The position numbers and the translations under genes were made by a program. DNA of 63,960 nt, counting the filler, from Piptocephalis cylindrospora (Eukaryota): assembly GCA_003614145.1 (NCBI GenBank). It is 5 parts of 5 records of this genome, joined end to end, with 100 filler letters (N's around TTAATTAATTAA, not from the genome) between each part and the next. Parts side by side here need not be neighbours in the genome. Positions count along the whole stretch, not along the records: positions 1 to 12,895 come from KZ987955.1; 4 more parts are not named here. One strand, written 5' to 3'. The notes under the pieces are model-generated. The model did no database searches, was not told the DNA's origin, and worked only from the letters and a program-made list of their open reading frames with translations. Shown piece by piece: positions 1 to 11,968 of this stretch (its first letter is position 1; the number at the start of each line of letters is the position of its first letter).

Positions 1-119
1 CGGAACTCCTTCATGATGACCTCACGCTGGGCCTGGTCCATATCACCGTGCATGGCGGAGACGGTGAAGTCACGGGCGGTGAGCTTCTCGGTGAGCCAGT
101 CGACCTTCCTGCGGGTGTT

Positions 120-158
<39 letters not shown>

Positions 159-1073
159 GAGATCGGAGAGGGTCTCGAGCTTCCAGTCCTCCTTCTCGAC
201 GGCGATGTAGAACTGCTTGATACCCTCGAGGGTGAGTTCGTCACGCTTGACGAGGATACGGATGGGGTCACGCATGAACTTGGTGGTGACCTCGAGGACG
301 TCGGAGGGCATGGTGGCGGAGAGAAGGACGACCTGGGTGGTGGGGGGGAGGAGCTGGAAGATGTCGTAGATCTGCTCACGGAAACCACGGGAGAGCATCT
401 CGTCGGCTTCGTCAAGGACGAACATCTTCATGGAGTCAGTACGGAAGGCACGACGGTTGATCATGTCGTAGACACGGCCGGGGGTACCGACGACGACGTG
501 GACACCGGACTCGAGCTTCTTCATGTCGTCACGGACGTTGGTACCGCCGATGCAGGCGTGGCACTCGACGTTCATGAAGTCACCCAGGGCAATGACGACC
601 TTCTGGATCTGCTGGGCAAGCTCACGGGTGGGGGCGAGGATGACGGCCTGGACCTGGGGGATGGAGATGTCGATCTTCTGGAGGATGGAGATGGAGAAGG
701 TGGCGGTCTTTCCGGTACCAGACTGGGCCTGGGCAATGACATCGTTACCCTGGACGACGGGCATGATGGCGCGTTGCTGAATGGCCGAGGGACGCTCGAA
801 ACCGTAGGCGTAGATCCCGCGCAGCAGCTCGTCCTTGAGGTCCATGTTATCGAAGTTATCGATAACCTGATCCCAGTTGGACTCGATCTCCACCTCGGGA
901 ACATCGTTAAGGGGGGCGGTGGCCTCGCTGAGGGGGGAAGAGGGAGAGGGGAGGGGGAGGGAGGAGAGGCGGGATGAGTTGGGAACAAGTTTGGCCATGC
1001 ATAGGGGGACACACACATACACCACCCATCGTCCTTCCTGTCTCTTGTGCACTTACACTTCGGGCTTGCTCAT
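1..1073 (-). CDS. TIF1: Translation initiation factor eIF4A (DEAD-box helicase), 3' end beyond window
   Basis: Exon 1 (1073-1057) is followed by a GTAAGT..CAG intron (1056-928). The spliced product reads [77 protein letters not shown]. Confidence 0.97.
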
Positions 1074-1338
1074 GGTGATGGTGTGATAGGAAAAGGGAGG
1101 GGGAGGTGAGAGGAAGACGGGAGGAGGAAAGACGGCTTGGGAAGCGGCTTTCAAGAAGAAGGGAAGAAACGGGGGAGAGCAAGGAGATATATGTCGGTTC
1201 GTCTAGGACGTGTGGACAGGGAAAAAAAGGAAAGAGAGGGAGAAAAAGGGTGGAGGGAGGGCTTTTGGGGGAGTGGGTGGAGGGGACTCTGATGGGAAAT
1301 ACCCGTTCCACCTCACCTTGACCAAAATGTCTGTGTGT

Positions 1339-1436
1339 GGGCTGGGCTGAGAGCTGGGCTAGGGCTGGGCTGGGCTGGGCTGGGCTAGACTAGGCCAGGC
1401 TGGGTTTAGGCTGGGCTGGGCTCGACGGGGTGGGCT
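1339..1436. repeat. Degenerate (GGGCT)n pentamer array upstream of eIF4A
   Basis: gggctgggctgagagctgggctagggctgggctgggctgggctgggct... seen directly. Confidence 0.85.
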
Positions 1437-2497
1437 CGACGACTAGGCTGTGTCGGATGGCCAGGTAGAGAGGGGAGGTGATGAGGCGGAAGAGAAAAGA
1501 GTGAGAAAGTCAGAGAGTCTAGCCAATCACATAGTCTTCTCGACCAATTAACCAATGAAAGGATCATAAATGGAGATGTGGGTATGGTTGGTCACTGACT
1601 CTCTTTCCAACGCACACTTTTCCGCCACTATTGAGAAAGAGAGGAGGTTTCGACGCCGGGAGGCACAAGAGAGTATAGGCAGACAGAGACAGACAGAAAG
1701 GAAGATTCAAGGCTCTTTGCAGGAATGTAGACGCAAATGTGTGGGAGAGAGGGGAAAAAAGGGACTTTGACTTTTTTTTTTTGGTGTGTGTGTATGTCTC
1801 GTTGAGGACGACTCAGAATAGGACGCTCTCTCCATTATTTTGAGTGTGAGAAGCGAGAGCCAGACACACTACCCCTCCCATTGGCCCTTGGCCCTCGGGA
1901 GCTGAGTATGCGGCTGGGATGGCTGGGGTGCCTAGGTCTTGTCTGAGTCTTGTCTGGGCTTGGCTTGATGAACTGAGTTTGTAAAGTTCGTCAATAGGTC
2001 TGTCCGCTAGAACAGCATGATGCGGTATGGCGGGGCAGCCCCCTCTCTCCCTTTCCCTGGTACTAATGAAAAGGCCATTTCACACTGCTACTATGGCCAC
2101 GTCTCTCTATCTCTCTGGAGTCAGGAGGAGCAGCCCCGCTCATTTGACTCCGAGGGGGCGATCACTGAAATCGTTGAATGAATAAAAGGGAGGTTGATCA
2201 ACGGATGAGAATATGAGAGGAAAGCGGGAGGAGGGGGGCTCCTCTCCCCCTTTCCCACATTTGAAATCCGATGGTCATGATTTAATCCACGAGCACAACT
2301 ATAAATATAACGATCAAGAAGATAGCTCCGTACGGATGTGCTTAAAGAAAGAAAAAGAGCAGAAGAAAAAGAGGAATATCATCTCCATATCCAACGCATC
2401 CTTTCCCTGCATACACACCCATTACACATAACATAGACCATTCCATCCTACCCCGTCCCATCGTCCATTTCACCTCCCATCACCCATCCTTGGAATC

Positions 2498-5150
2498 TCA
2501 TTTTTCATCTCCCATCCCATTCTCTCCTCCTTCAAGGGGCCTCCATCCCTCAAGATCGTACCGTCCATTCCCACCCTGTCCGAGGACGTCCCGAGCAATG
2601 CGTGAGGAGGGAAAGATCGCCAAGAGCACCTGACGTCCCCGATACCTCACGTGCTTCATGGATGCTCCCTCCAGCCGTACATCCCCCAACGAATCATCGG
2701 GGTTTCTGGGACATACTTGAAGGATGTGTGATGTTTTTGGTGTGGCTGCTCATCATGGGAAGTAGGTATGAGTATAAAGAAAGAGCACAGTCCCCGAGAC
2801 AGAGAGCATACTCTCTCACTTACCCTCTTGGGGCTTGGGACCTCGGAATGAGGTCAGCCGCAGATTCGACACCATCACCTCTTCGGATCCTCCCCCTCCA
2901 CCTCCCCCGGCCCCGGCCCCAGAAATGTCCGCCCGTTTCACGGGCCGTCTGGGTTGGTTGGGATCATACAGCCTCCCTCCCCTCCCGGATCCCGTGGACT
3001 TCATGGGAGGAGGAGGCCCGTAGCCAGAGGGGGGTTGGTGCATCCGGTAAAATGCTTCGTACTCCTGCATTAATGAAGAGGACGCTGAAGGGGAGGGTAT
3101 CCCTCCTGTCGGGGACATGGGAGAAACATTGGTCATGGGAGGCTCCGATCTCTCCCCAAGAGCCGCAGCGTAGGATGGGTGGGGTACCTGACCCTGAAAA
3201 GGCACTTGACCTTGGAGCGTTTGACCGGCTTGCGATCCCTGTCCAGAACCCCCTCCTCCAGAATAGGCCTGCTGTTGTTGTTGTTGTTGTTGTTGTTGTT
3301 GCTGTTGTTGTTGCTGCTGCTGAAGTAATTGATGTTGGTGGTGATACATGAGCTGATAATGCATGTGGAGTTGCAACGGATAGGAGGGGGCATAGGTCGG
3401 AGGGAACATCATCCCTCCCCCACCATAGCTCATGGGTGGGGCAGCGGAAGGTGTGGTTGCGGGAGAGGAGGAGGAGGAGGAGGAGGAGGAGGAGGAGGAG
3501 GAAGATGAGGAGGAAGATGAGGAGGATGAATAGGATCCGGTGGCCTTGGGGACACCGGTGGTCCCTATCACCACTGAAGGATAGTTCCCACCGGTCCGAC
3601 GAGCCCGAGGACCCTCTGGACCCTCCATCCCTACACGATGACCCCCTTGTCCCATTGGATGATGGTGACCCATGGAAGCCGATGTGGACAAGGAGGAAGT
3701 GGTCGAATCAGTCGACGTGATACTCCTACCACTACTGGATGTGGTGGATCGAGCCGGCGAGACCGACCGAACTACCAAGGAGGGAAGGGAAGTGGATGAA
3801 TCCGAATAGGCCGACGATGATGAAGATGCCGTTAGCGTGGGGGACGCCTGAGGACTCATCTCGGGTGACCCCACGGAAGAGGAGGGGGATGAGGGGCTAA
3901 TCCCTGAGCCCAATGGGGATAATGTCGCGGAAGAGCCTCTGGAGGCTCCATTGACTCCTCCCGTCATCCCAGAGGACACAGCTTTGCCATCTTGATCTAA
4001 ATCCCGAAAGATCCTCTCTCTAGCTGCTTCATACGCTGCCGTTCTTTCCGCTAGTACCCGTCGTTCCTCCGCTTCTGCCTCCTCCTTACTCGTTCGTCCC
4101 CCACCACCCCGCTTTCCCCCTCCTCCCCCTCGTGCACCCCCTGACACTGATCCATGCGATCCACGATGTGCATCAGGTTGTCGACGCATGATCTTTCGGA
4201 TGGGTTGCGCTACGCTAGGTTGGACATGGCTTTGCCCCTCCAAGCCCTCCGACATCTGAGAACCATGGGAGGAGGAGATAGTGGAGGAGGAGGATGTGGT
4301 TGAGGTCAAGGAGGAGGAGGAGAGGGAGGGTGAGGGGGAGGGTGAGGCCGTCTGGGAGGGTCGAGTGGCTAGCACCATCCGTCGTCCCCCCATCTCCACC
4401 CTTGGAGTCGTAGGAGAGGATGATAGATTCCGCATCCCCTTCCTCTCTCTCTCTTCCCTCGTTTCCTTTCCTCCCTTCACCTCTCCCCCCTCCTCCTCCC
4501 CCTCCACCCTTCCCTCTTCGCCCCCCACATCCTCCTCCTCAAGCTCCTCTTTAGATAAAAGATCCATAAATCTTAAAGCAGGTCTACATATCATGGCATG
4601 GACAGATGTGAGGATTGACTGTCCCAACAAAGATTTCCCCCATTCAACACTTACATAGCCGAGTCGGGTCGTCGATGAATGGTCATTTGCTGCTGAAGGG
4701 ACTGGTAGATATGGTCAAGATGATAGTAATCTGCCGTGCAATGAATCATACGACGGATATACCCATTCATCGGAGGGAACTCCAGTCGAACACGTCTAAT
4801 AATAGAAGGATGACGCAATATGAGTCATTGTGCAATGGGCTTTCCACACTGATTTATCCCTCATCTTACGTAGTATCTAGAATGAAGCGCTCAAATTCCC
4901 GATCTAACCGGAGGAGGATATCCCGGTCCTTGGGATGAGCAAGGATACTGAGGAGAAAGGGATCCATCTCCTCGGCAGACATCTCCACGGGGGGCGACGG
5001 CGTTGCCAACAGAGAAGTTGGCACGGGCGGCGGGGGAGTGGGGGAGGGCGGACCGGGCGGTCGTCGTTGAAGAATCCGAGCAGGGCCAGCAGAGGGGTCC
5101 GTCGGCGTCCTTGTACCAGACTCGGTCAAGCTCTGTGGGGTATTGGACAT
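2498..5150 (-). CDS. R3H + SUZ domain RNA-binding protein (R3HDM/ARPP21/Rbs1-like) with C-terminal RRM-like region
   Basis: Four exons. R3H region RLEFPPMNGYIRRMIHCTADYYHLDH; SUZ region KIMRR..ERTAAYEAARERIF; last exon HILQV..LLAIFPSSRIARDVL. Confidence 0.88.
3269..3322 (-). repeat. CAA/CAG tract encoding poly-Q (18 Gln) in the R3H protein
   Basis: (CTG/TTG)n on the plus strand, in frame with ORF 2816..4630. Confidence 0.9.
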
Positions 5151-6316
5151 ATCTCAGGAGGGCAAGGGGAAGTAAGAGGAGGAGGAGAAGGTAATGCCCT
5201 AGGGCTAGATGGGTAAGGGGTCAGCAGGACGTCTTTTCCCGGCACATAAACAGACGGGGCGAGTAGGATAAAGAAGGGGAGGAAGGTCGTGGTCTGAAGT
5301 GCCCGAGCAAATCGCCTTTTTCTTCCTGAAGAGGAGGAGGCAGGAGAAGGAGAAGAGGCAAGGGAGGGAGAGAAGCACTACTTGTTCTCTGTAGTAGGGA
5401 AGGGGGAAAAGGAAGGAGAAAGAAGGGAGACACAAGCAGCACGAGCAACACCGCCTTTGCCATCAAAACCTGACCAACACTCATCTGGATATGGCTTAAA
5501 GAAGAGGGGGCGGAGAGGTCGGAGACCATAGCCACACACACCTTCTCACTCTCCCTCCACTCCACTCATTCAAATCCTCTCTCTACCTTCACTTCACCAG
5601 CTAGGGTGCATTGTCTGAGGCAGTGTTTGAAAGCTTATTGCCTTGATCATTATACTGTTTGTTTAGGCATCCAAGGGAGATGGGAGTAAGAGCAATGGAT
5701 CATTTTTTGAGCTATATGCTGGACAGAGGAAAAGAGCCCTAAGGAAGCCCGACCGAGGATGGAGGTTTTTAGAGAATGTGCATAGGCGCTGCTGGAGTAC
5801 AAAGCCAGAAAGGCGGGGTTGATTGGAAAGTACATGTGTGCGGGCCTTGGGAGAACCAGACCAGCGTAATCAAACTATACCCAGACTCCTTAACTCTGTT
5901 AACTCTGTTACTCTACTCTATCATGACGGACAGGAGGCACACGAAAGTTATGTACTGTGTTATTAAGAGAAAGAGCTAATTTATAGAAGGAATAGGAAAT
6001 ATTTTTGGTTATCTATTCTACTACTAAAGGGAAAGATGAGTGGAAAAAGAGAAAAGAATGGGAAAGAAATTACTAAAGGAAAATGTAAGTGGATGTGTAA
6101 GCCGATCATGTGACTATGAGTGGCTATGGGAGTGAGTGCACTGGAGGAGTAGGTGGGCAAATGATCAATAAATCCAAAGACGGGAAAAGGTGAAATATGG
6201 TGGGCAAGAAAGGAAGATATCCTTTATCCTTTTGTCCTTTTCTCCCTTATTCTTTTTGAGTCCTTGTATCTAGTATTTTCATTGACTAACGTCTCTACTT
6301 ATCTGTCCATTCTCTA

Positions 6317-6980
6317 ATGGCCTACTCCTACCCTCACAGTCTACTTGCAGAGCTCCCGAGCAACGTGAAATTCAAGAATAGATTAGTAACATGCTTGTTC
6401 ATATTCACGCGCCTTTATATGTACCTGCGGTCGTTTATGTCCCCATTTTGATTATTCAAGCTAGGTCTGTACTTATGTGTCTTGGAGTAAAATAGACCTA
6501 TTTCCCGCTTCCGTTGTATTTACATAATAGAATGCGAACAATAATACAATGGAAACTTGGAATAACAGGTTGCACCGCAAATTTTCACCCATCTTCTATC
6601 AATATCCAGAGGATCATTCCTTTCAGTGTACTCGTCCTTTTTCTACTCGATATATGGCTTATTATTAAACCATTGGGTATCGAAGAAGTAGACAATATCT
6701 TATGGGCTGACATGGGATGGGCCTACGCTTTACTACTCCATTTCCCCAGACAGCAATAATGTGCTTCAACGGTAACCCTATACCCATTCCTTCAATTTAC
6801 ACTGTCTCCTTTCAGACTCCCGGATCAGTAAATTCATAGGACTAGGTATGCCCCTTTGGAATAACTCAAACCACAAGATCATATTGATGATTGGCCTTGG
6901 ATATCTGCTAAAACGCGAATCCCCTGGTCATATCTATAAGTGAAAAGGGAGTCCCCACACCCTGGGCCTCTCTTAATGTG
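6317..6980 (+). pseudogene. Decayed copy A of an unrecognised gene upstream of GNAT-1
   Basis: Broken ORFs (MAYSYPHSLLAELPSN.., LYLHNRMRTIIQWKLG..). Nucleotides 6796-6892 align by eye with 8646-8740. Confidence 0.45.
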
Positions 6981-7446
6981 TATGTTGTAATAGTAAGGGA
7001 GTATTCTTAGATCGTATCTCATCACTAAAGACGGATCATGACTATCACATAAAAGGTATTCACCCCCGTTTTAATACTATGGGTTCTCTCACTTGATATC
7101 CCTATGCATCACGAGGTTTCCAACTCAGGACAATGTGGGTTCCCGCCCTTCTGGTAGCACACTAGCCCTTTTTTCGACTAGTATCCCCATATTCAGCGCC
7201 TCATCAAAGAGGTACTAGTGTATTCACCCCTAACTACTACTATCTATGATCAAGAATAGATCGATCGTTTGAGTAAACTCTCCAATGATTCCATCACATT
7301 TATGCGACCGAAAGGAGAGACGAATATATTATTTTCGGAACCTTGTTTGAGAAGCTCCATGGATGCATTTTCAAATAATCCGTATTTGCTCATTCATACC
7401 AACACCCCATTTTCTTTCTCTCCACCTCCCCAGTTCAAAATACTAG

Positions 7447-7453
7447 TATAAAA
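7447..7453 (+). promoter_or_regulatory. TATA box of GNAT-1
   Basis: TATAAAA about 70 bp upstream of ATG 7520; an equivalent box lies upstream of GNAT-2. Confidence 0.55.
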
Positions 7454-7519
7454 TGTAAAATTATGAAGCTTCCCCATGGTTATACCTTAAATCCAATATA
7501 CAACCCACTCTCCTTCATC

Positions 7520-8152
7520 ATGGTCAAATCTTCACCCTTTTATGAGCTCCTAGAAGTCAAGGGAGCCACAATTGTTGTTCGTTCAGCAGCTTCACAGGAT
7601 TTAGTACATCTAGAAGTACTATATACTTTGATTAACATGGCTAATCAATCGAGCGCCTCATGGACCGGTGAGGGCCATCTGGTTAAGGTGGAGCGTATCG
7701 ATCGAGAATCCCTTCGAAAAATCATCATCAGCGAGTCATTCACCCTTCTCCTGGGATTTCCACCAAATCTGTCGGGAGAGGAAGTGAAGCCCATTGCGTG
7801 CTTAGAAGTGGCGATTAAGGGAAAGAGAGGCTATACCAATCTCTTGGCCGTAGATCCTGCATACCAGAGCAAAGGCGTGGCATCTGCCATGTCTCGCGCC
7901 AGTGATAGATATTTCATCTCGCACAATATTTTCTTCACTGTCCTTACGGTCCTTCATCGGAGAGATGACATCAAAGCATGGTATTATCGTGCGGGATATC
8001 GACCTACGGGTCGTACTGAGCCGTTTCCCGATCCTGATAACACGTTGGAGGAAGAGTGCTACTTGGAGGAATGGGGAAAGCCCTTGAAAGCTGCGACCTG
8101 TCATCCCAATCGGAACGCTAATCGCTCTCATGTGATCAGATCGCATCTCTAG
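7520..8152 (+). CDS. GNAT-family N-acetyltransferase (paralog 1), intronless
   Basis: SWTGEGHL..RID, motif A LAVDPAYQSKGVA, and LTVLHRRDDIKAWYYRAGYRPTGRTEPFP. ATG 7520 aligns with the start of paralog 2. Confidence 0.9.
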   Translation: MVKSSPFYELLEVKGATIVVRSAASQDLVHLEVLYTLINMANQSSASWTGEGHLVKVERIDRESLRKIIISESFTLLLGFPPNLSGEEVKPIACLEVAIKGKRGYTNLLAVDPAYQSKGVASAMSRASDRYFISHNIFFTVLTVLHRRDDIKAWYYRAGYRPTGRTEPFPDPDNTLEEECYLEEWGKPLKAATCHPNRNANRSHVIRSHL

Positions 8153-8437
8153 CTCTTTTATTGAGTCACGTCGCTGTTCCATGACAGCTCTTTCAGTCAA
8201 TTGCTATTGTTACTTTCCAAGATATGTGCAGGACGGGTAATGTGCAGACATTGTGATTATGATAACCTAAATGGTTCAACCAATTGAATCAAAGATCAAA
8301 TAGAAACGCGACCCAAAGGAGAGTCAAAGATGAAAAAGAGAGAAACGGAAGGATGAGCCCCAGAGTGGGGGTATTTTCCCTTGCTTCGTCGCCTTAAATA
8401 CTTTTCCAGATTCTCCCCTGGCCGATGCATCTCTAGA

Positions 8438-8830
8438 ATGTGCTTTCTCAAGCATGCATCCTGTGGTCGAGCGCTCCCGGCTCAGATTCTATCCTGTACG
8501 CATATTCTAAGCTATCTGGTGCTTCCTTGCAAACACATATATACACATCTCGCCCTCATACTCATCTTCACACCTTCATACCCTCCGAAAGAGTTCGCTC
8601 TTCCAATGTGCGAGCATCAATCTCCCCCAAAGTTCCTTTGCTTACTTTACACTATCTCTTCAGAGCCCAAGATCACCAAAGATATAGAATCAGGGATGAG
8701 CCGTTTGGAGCATCTCAAGGAGTAAGATCGTACCATGATTTACTCGCACATCTAAAATATGGGCTCTTTAGCCATGCAGGTAGTAAACAGGAGCCCTTGT
8801 TCTGGCCTTCTTAATCCCCTTTTTGTATGT
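8438..8830 (+). pseudogene. Decayed copy B of the same unrecognised gene, upstream of GNAT-2
   Basis: ALPAQILSCTHILSYL..LYTISSEPKITKDIESGMSRLEHLKE*; homologous to 6796-6980. Confidence 0.45.
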
Positions 8831-9103
8831 TATGAAAATGACATATATGCACCATGGGTACCCCATGAAAATGGCCTCTAGTTCTGATATTATGGTCCTG
8901 CCTTATATCTGTGTCTTTTGTCTTTTCGAATAAGGGCAGCATAAGTCCTGGTCTTTTCGACCCCACATAAACCCTCCACTCATCCTGTATCTCTTTGCTT
9001 GGGTTGTTTCTCATTTAGGATGCATCTTCGGGCGACCCATCTACTCTCGCCTATGTGATATCATCATTCTCTTTTACTTGAAACTTCTGAGCTAAATAAT
9101 AAT

Positions 9104-9110
9104 TATAAAA
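9104..9110 (+). promoter_or_regulatory. TATA box of GNAT-2
   Basis: TATAAAA about 95 bp upstream of ATG 9201. Confidence 0.55.
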
Positions 9111-9200
9111 GGGGACAATGCTGTAGTTATCTCATAATGTGAAGCGCCTTATCATCACAGCGATTACTTGAGCTCTATACACAACCCATCATCCCACACC

Positions 9201-9809
9201 ATGACCAAATCTTCATTCTTTTCTGAGCTCCTAGAGGTGAAGGGAGTCACAACTATTGTTCGCTCAGCAACCTCACAGGATTTGGTACATCTGGAAGTAT
9301 TGTATACTTTGATTAGCATGGCCAATCAATCGAGCGCTTCCTGGACTGGAGAGGGCCATCTCATCAAAGCTGATTGCATTGATCGAACGTCCTTGAGGGA
9401 TATCATTGCCAAAGATCCATCTACTTTACTTCTGGCGTTTCCTGTACCATGCTCCCCTGCTTCTCCCCCCTCGGGCAATGCTGAGACGGAAAGACCCGTT
9501 GCTTGCATCAATACCACAATCAAGGAGCAAGTAGGACTGGTGAGCCTCCTCTGCGTGGATCCTGTTTGGCAAAGTATAGGTGTGGTCTCGGCTCTGTTTT
9601 TGACGAGTGAAAGGTACTTTCTCTCCAAGGGTGCCCTTTATAGCACCCTCTGGGCCCTACATCGACAGGAAGACGTAAAGACGTGGTATAAGCGGCTAGG
9701 TTTCCAACGCACAGGACGTATCGAGAATTACCCAAATACTGAGGATACTTTCGAGGATGAATGCTACTTGATAGAGATGGAAAAGTCATTGAGGAAGATG
9801 GTGCAGTAA
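9201..9809 (+). CDS. GNAT-family N-acetyltransferase (paralog 2), intronless
   Basis: N-terminus nearly identical to paralog 1 (SQDLVHLEVLYTLI.MANQSSASWTGEGHL); LCVDPVWQSIGVV; WYKRLGFQRTG. Confidence 0.9.
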   Translation: MTKSSFFSELLEVKGVTTIVRSATSQDLVHLEVLYTLISMANQSSASWTGEGHLIKADCIDRTSLRDIIAKDPSTLLLAFPVPCSPASPPSGNAETERPVACINTTIKEQVGLVSLLCVDPVWQSIGVVSALFLTSERYFLSKGALYSTLWALHRQEDVKTWYKRLGFQRTGRIENYPNTEDTFEDECYLIEMEKSLRKMVQ

Positions 9810-10457
9810 GATATCATCCGGTAACAGCATGCGTATGATTCATCTCAGGAGATATTGAAACGGTGGAGATGGCCTACTAGCGGCCCATCCTTTCTCTTCG
9901 ACGATGAACTTCTTTCTGCAGCTCAAAGGGAAATTTGTACGCTATGTACTGTATGACTTATTTTTCAGGGCCCATTACTCCATGGGTAAACGTGAAAGGT
10001 TGATTTACCCTAGATTTCTAGGGAACATCGGGAATATACGAATTGATGTTTGTTGTGCGGATGATCATTTCCCCCACATGGGTTCATGCTTTCACTAGAT
10101 CAACCTCATTATCTCATATGGGGAATGAATCGCTAGGGTGTTACGTGCTTGATATTCATGTTATTGGCAACCATTGGTAGTTTCTAGCTGTGGGTCGAAT
10201 GGACTTTGCTAAATCCATTGAGCTTTCTCACGTGTCATTTGAATCCAACTGAAGTCTATAGGCATATGGATTACTATTATGGATTATTTGCTATTCAAAA
10301 TTTGGCAAAAGCATTAAGATTCTATAGTAGATCAAAGTTTAGGGAATAATTGCTGCGGAGGCTCAAAGACTATGGACGTGAAGACCGATCTGGCATAGTT
10401 CCTTCGTTGTCACTGCATGCCCCGAATGAGCGGCTGAAAGGAAGATTTCAAAGATAT

Positions 10458-11390
10458 ATGCCATACCTCGATTCTTTGCCGTCTCAACACAGCTCAGACA
10501 TCTTGATCCTCCCAATGTCCGACAATCATGGCTGTCCTCACACCCTCTCCTCAAACATGGGCGTACATGGCATCTCAAGTTGAGGTGAGGGAAGAGATCT
10601 TCACCCTTGCTGTCCATCTCCTGACCCATGCTCCCCTTGTGATTAGGCAGAATAGCCTTGATCCTATGTCCCTCTTGCTCCATCCCATGTGTTTTTCGGC
10701 CATAGAGGGCCTTCCCCTGCGATGTTGTCGGCATGGGGCCCATCGGTTCCGCTCTCCGTACTTATACTCGCAAAAAAATGTAAGGAGCATTACTTAAATT
10801 TAAACTAGTGTATTTATTCACTCTCTATCCTCCCTTCATCCGGAAGAAAAAGGTGAAAGAATGAAAATGAACTAATGGCCATGAATATTGGCTCAATAGT
10901 TGTAATCCGCTTCGAAAGAAGTCGTTATTATCCTTATTGTTGCAGCTAAGCATCAATAGACAGGGAGACAAATGATCCATATCCAGATGATCCCCCATGA
11001 TCCCCACTACATTATCATTTTTCTCTTCCTGATCTAATGTGTATCTGCGAAAGGGGATATATCCAGGATGACCTCTAATATTTATCCCCAGACATGAGAA
11101 CGTCACCGTTCGGGAGAAAAGCATGAGAGCAAATCCTCCGTGGTGCTTCTTGGGCCATTGAGGCCCATTTTTGCTATGGATGATACGATTCTTTCCTAAT
11201 ATCCACCCATGTCTGTGGTATATCACTCTAGTCATGCGCCTCCTCGTCCTTGCATATTCCCCAGCCTTAGACGCCATTCCTTCCCTCATCTTACTCTCTT
11301 CGTACTTTTGCCTACTCCATCATGAAAGTCGCCAATATAGGGTACAGCTTTTCAGGAATAAGAGAATACTTTATCAATCCCTATCACCTT
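10458..11390 (+). pseudogene. Possible decayed copy C of the unrecognised gene
   Basis: MPYLDSLPS.. and FRSPYLYSQKNVRSI resemble copy A's FPLPLYLHNRMRTII; shared CCCCAGACA stretch; many stops and frameshifts. Confidence 0.3.
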
Positions 11391-11968
11391 AGTTCCTCTT
11401 GATTGTATGATTCATATGCGTCTAGTGTATTTTATTTCATCAATAATGGTTTTCCAGAAGAATGGCGAAGAAAAGGGTCCATGGTGGTATAAATATCGGC
11501 TCATTTTCACGATACGCTGTATATCCATAGTCGACTTCGCGACAACCGCCAAGGTAAGTTGGAGTGGAAAGCTACCTCCGCCACAAACGCTGATACAAGG
11601 GAGACACCGGACGGAGACGGGGCCACAAGATCGATATACAAGCTTGGAGCGGTAGCAACTAATGCCTCACTAAGCACTATACCTCCTTTGCTTTAGAGGT
11701 GGATTCCTATGGCTAGGGAGAGTCGGGCTTGCTTTACTGTAAGACTGGATATGTATCTCGGATGCTTTCCGATACCATTCACTAGGGGCAAATAGGAGAT
11801 CAAGTTTCCCTGGAAAAAGGTAGTATAACGCGTATTAAATCACGATAAAAGCTAGTCGTAACCGCTCGCTAGTCATTCTTCTTGAATCCACATCTCAAGC
11901 AAGTGGCCAAAATAATAGGGATATAAAAAATATAGAGTTCTAAAACAGCAACACATTTCAACAAAAAG

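Noticed and set aside
48..977. 309-aa plus-strand ORF
   Set aside because: Antisense shadow of eIF4A. Strong C/G-ending codon bias removes stops on the opposite strand.
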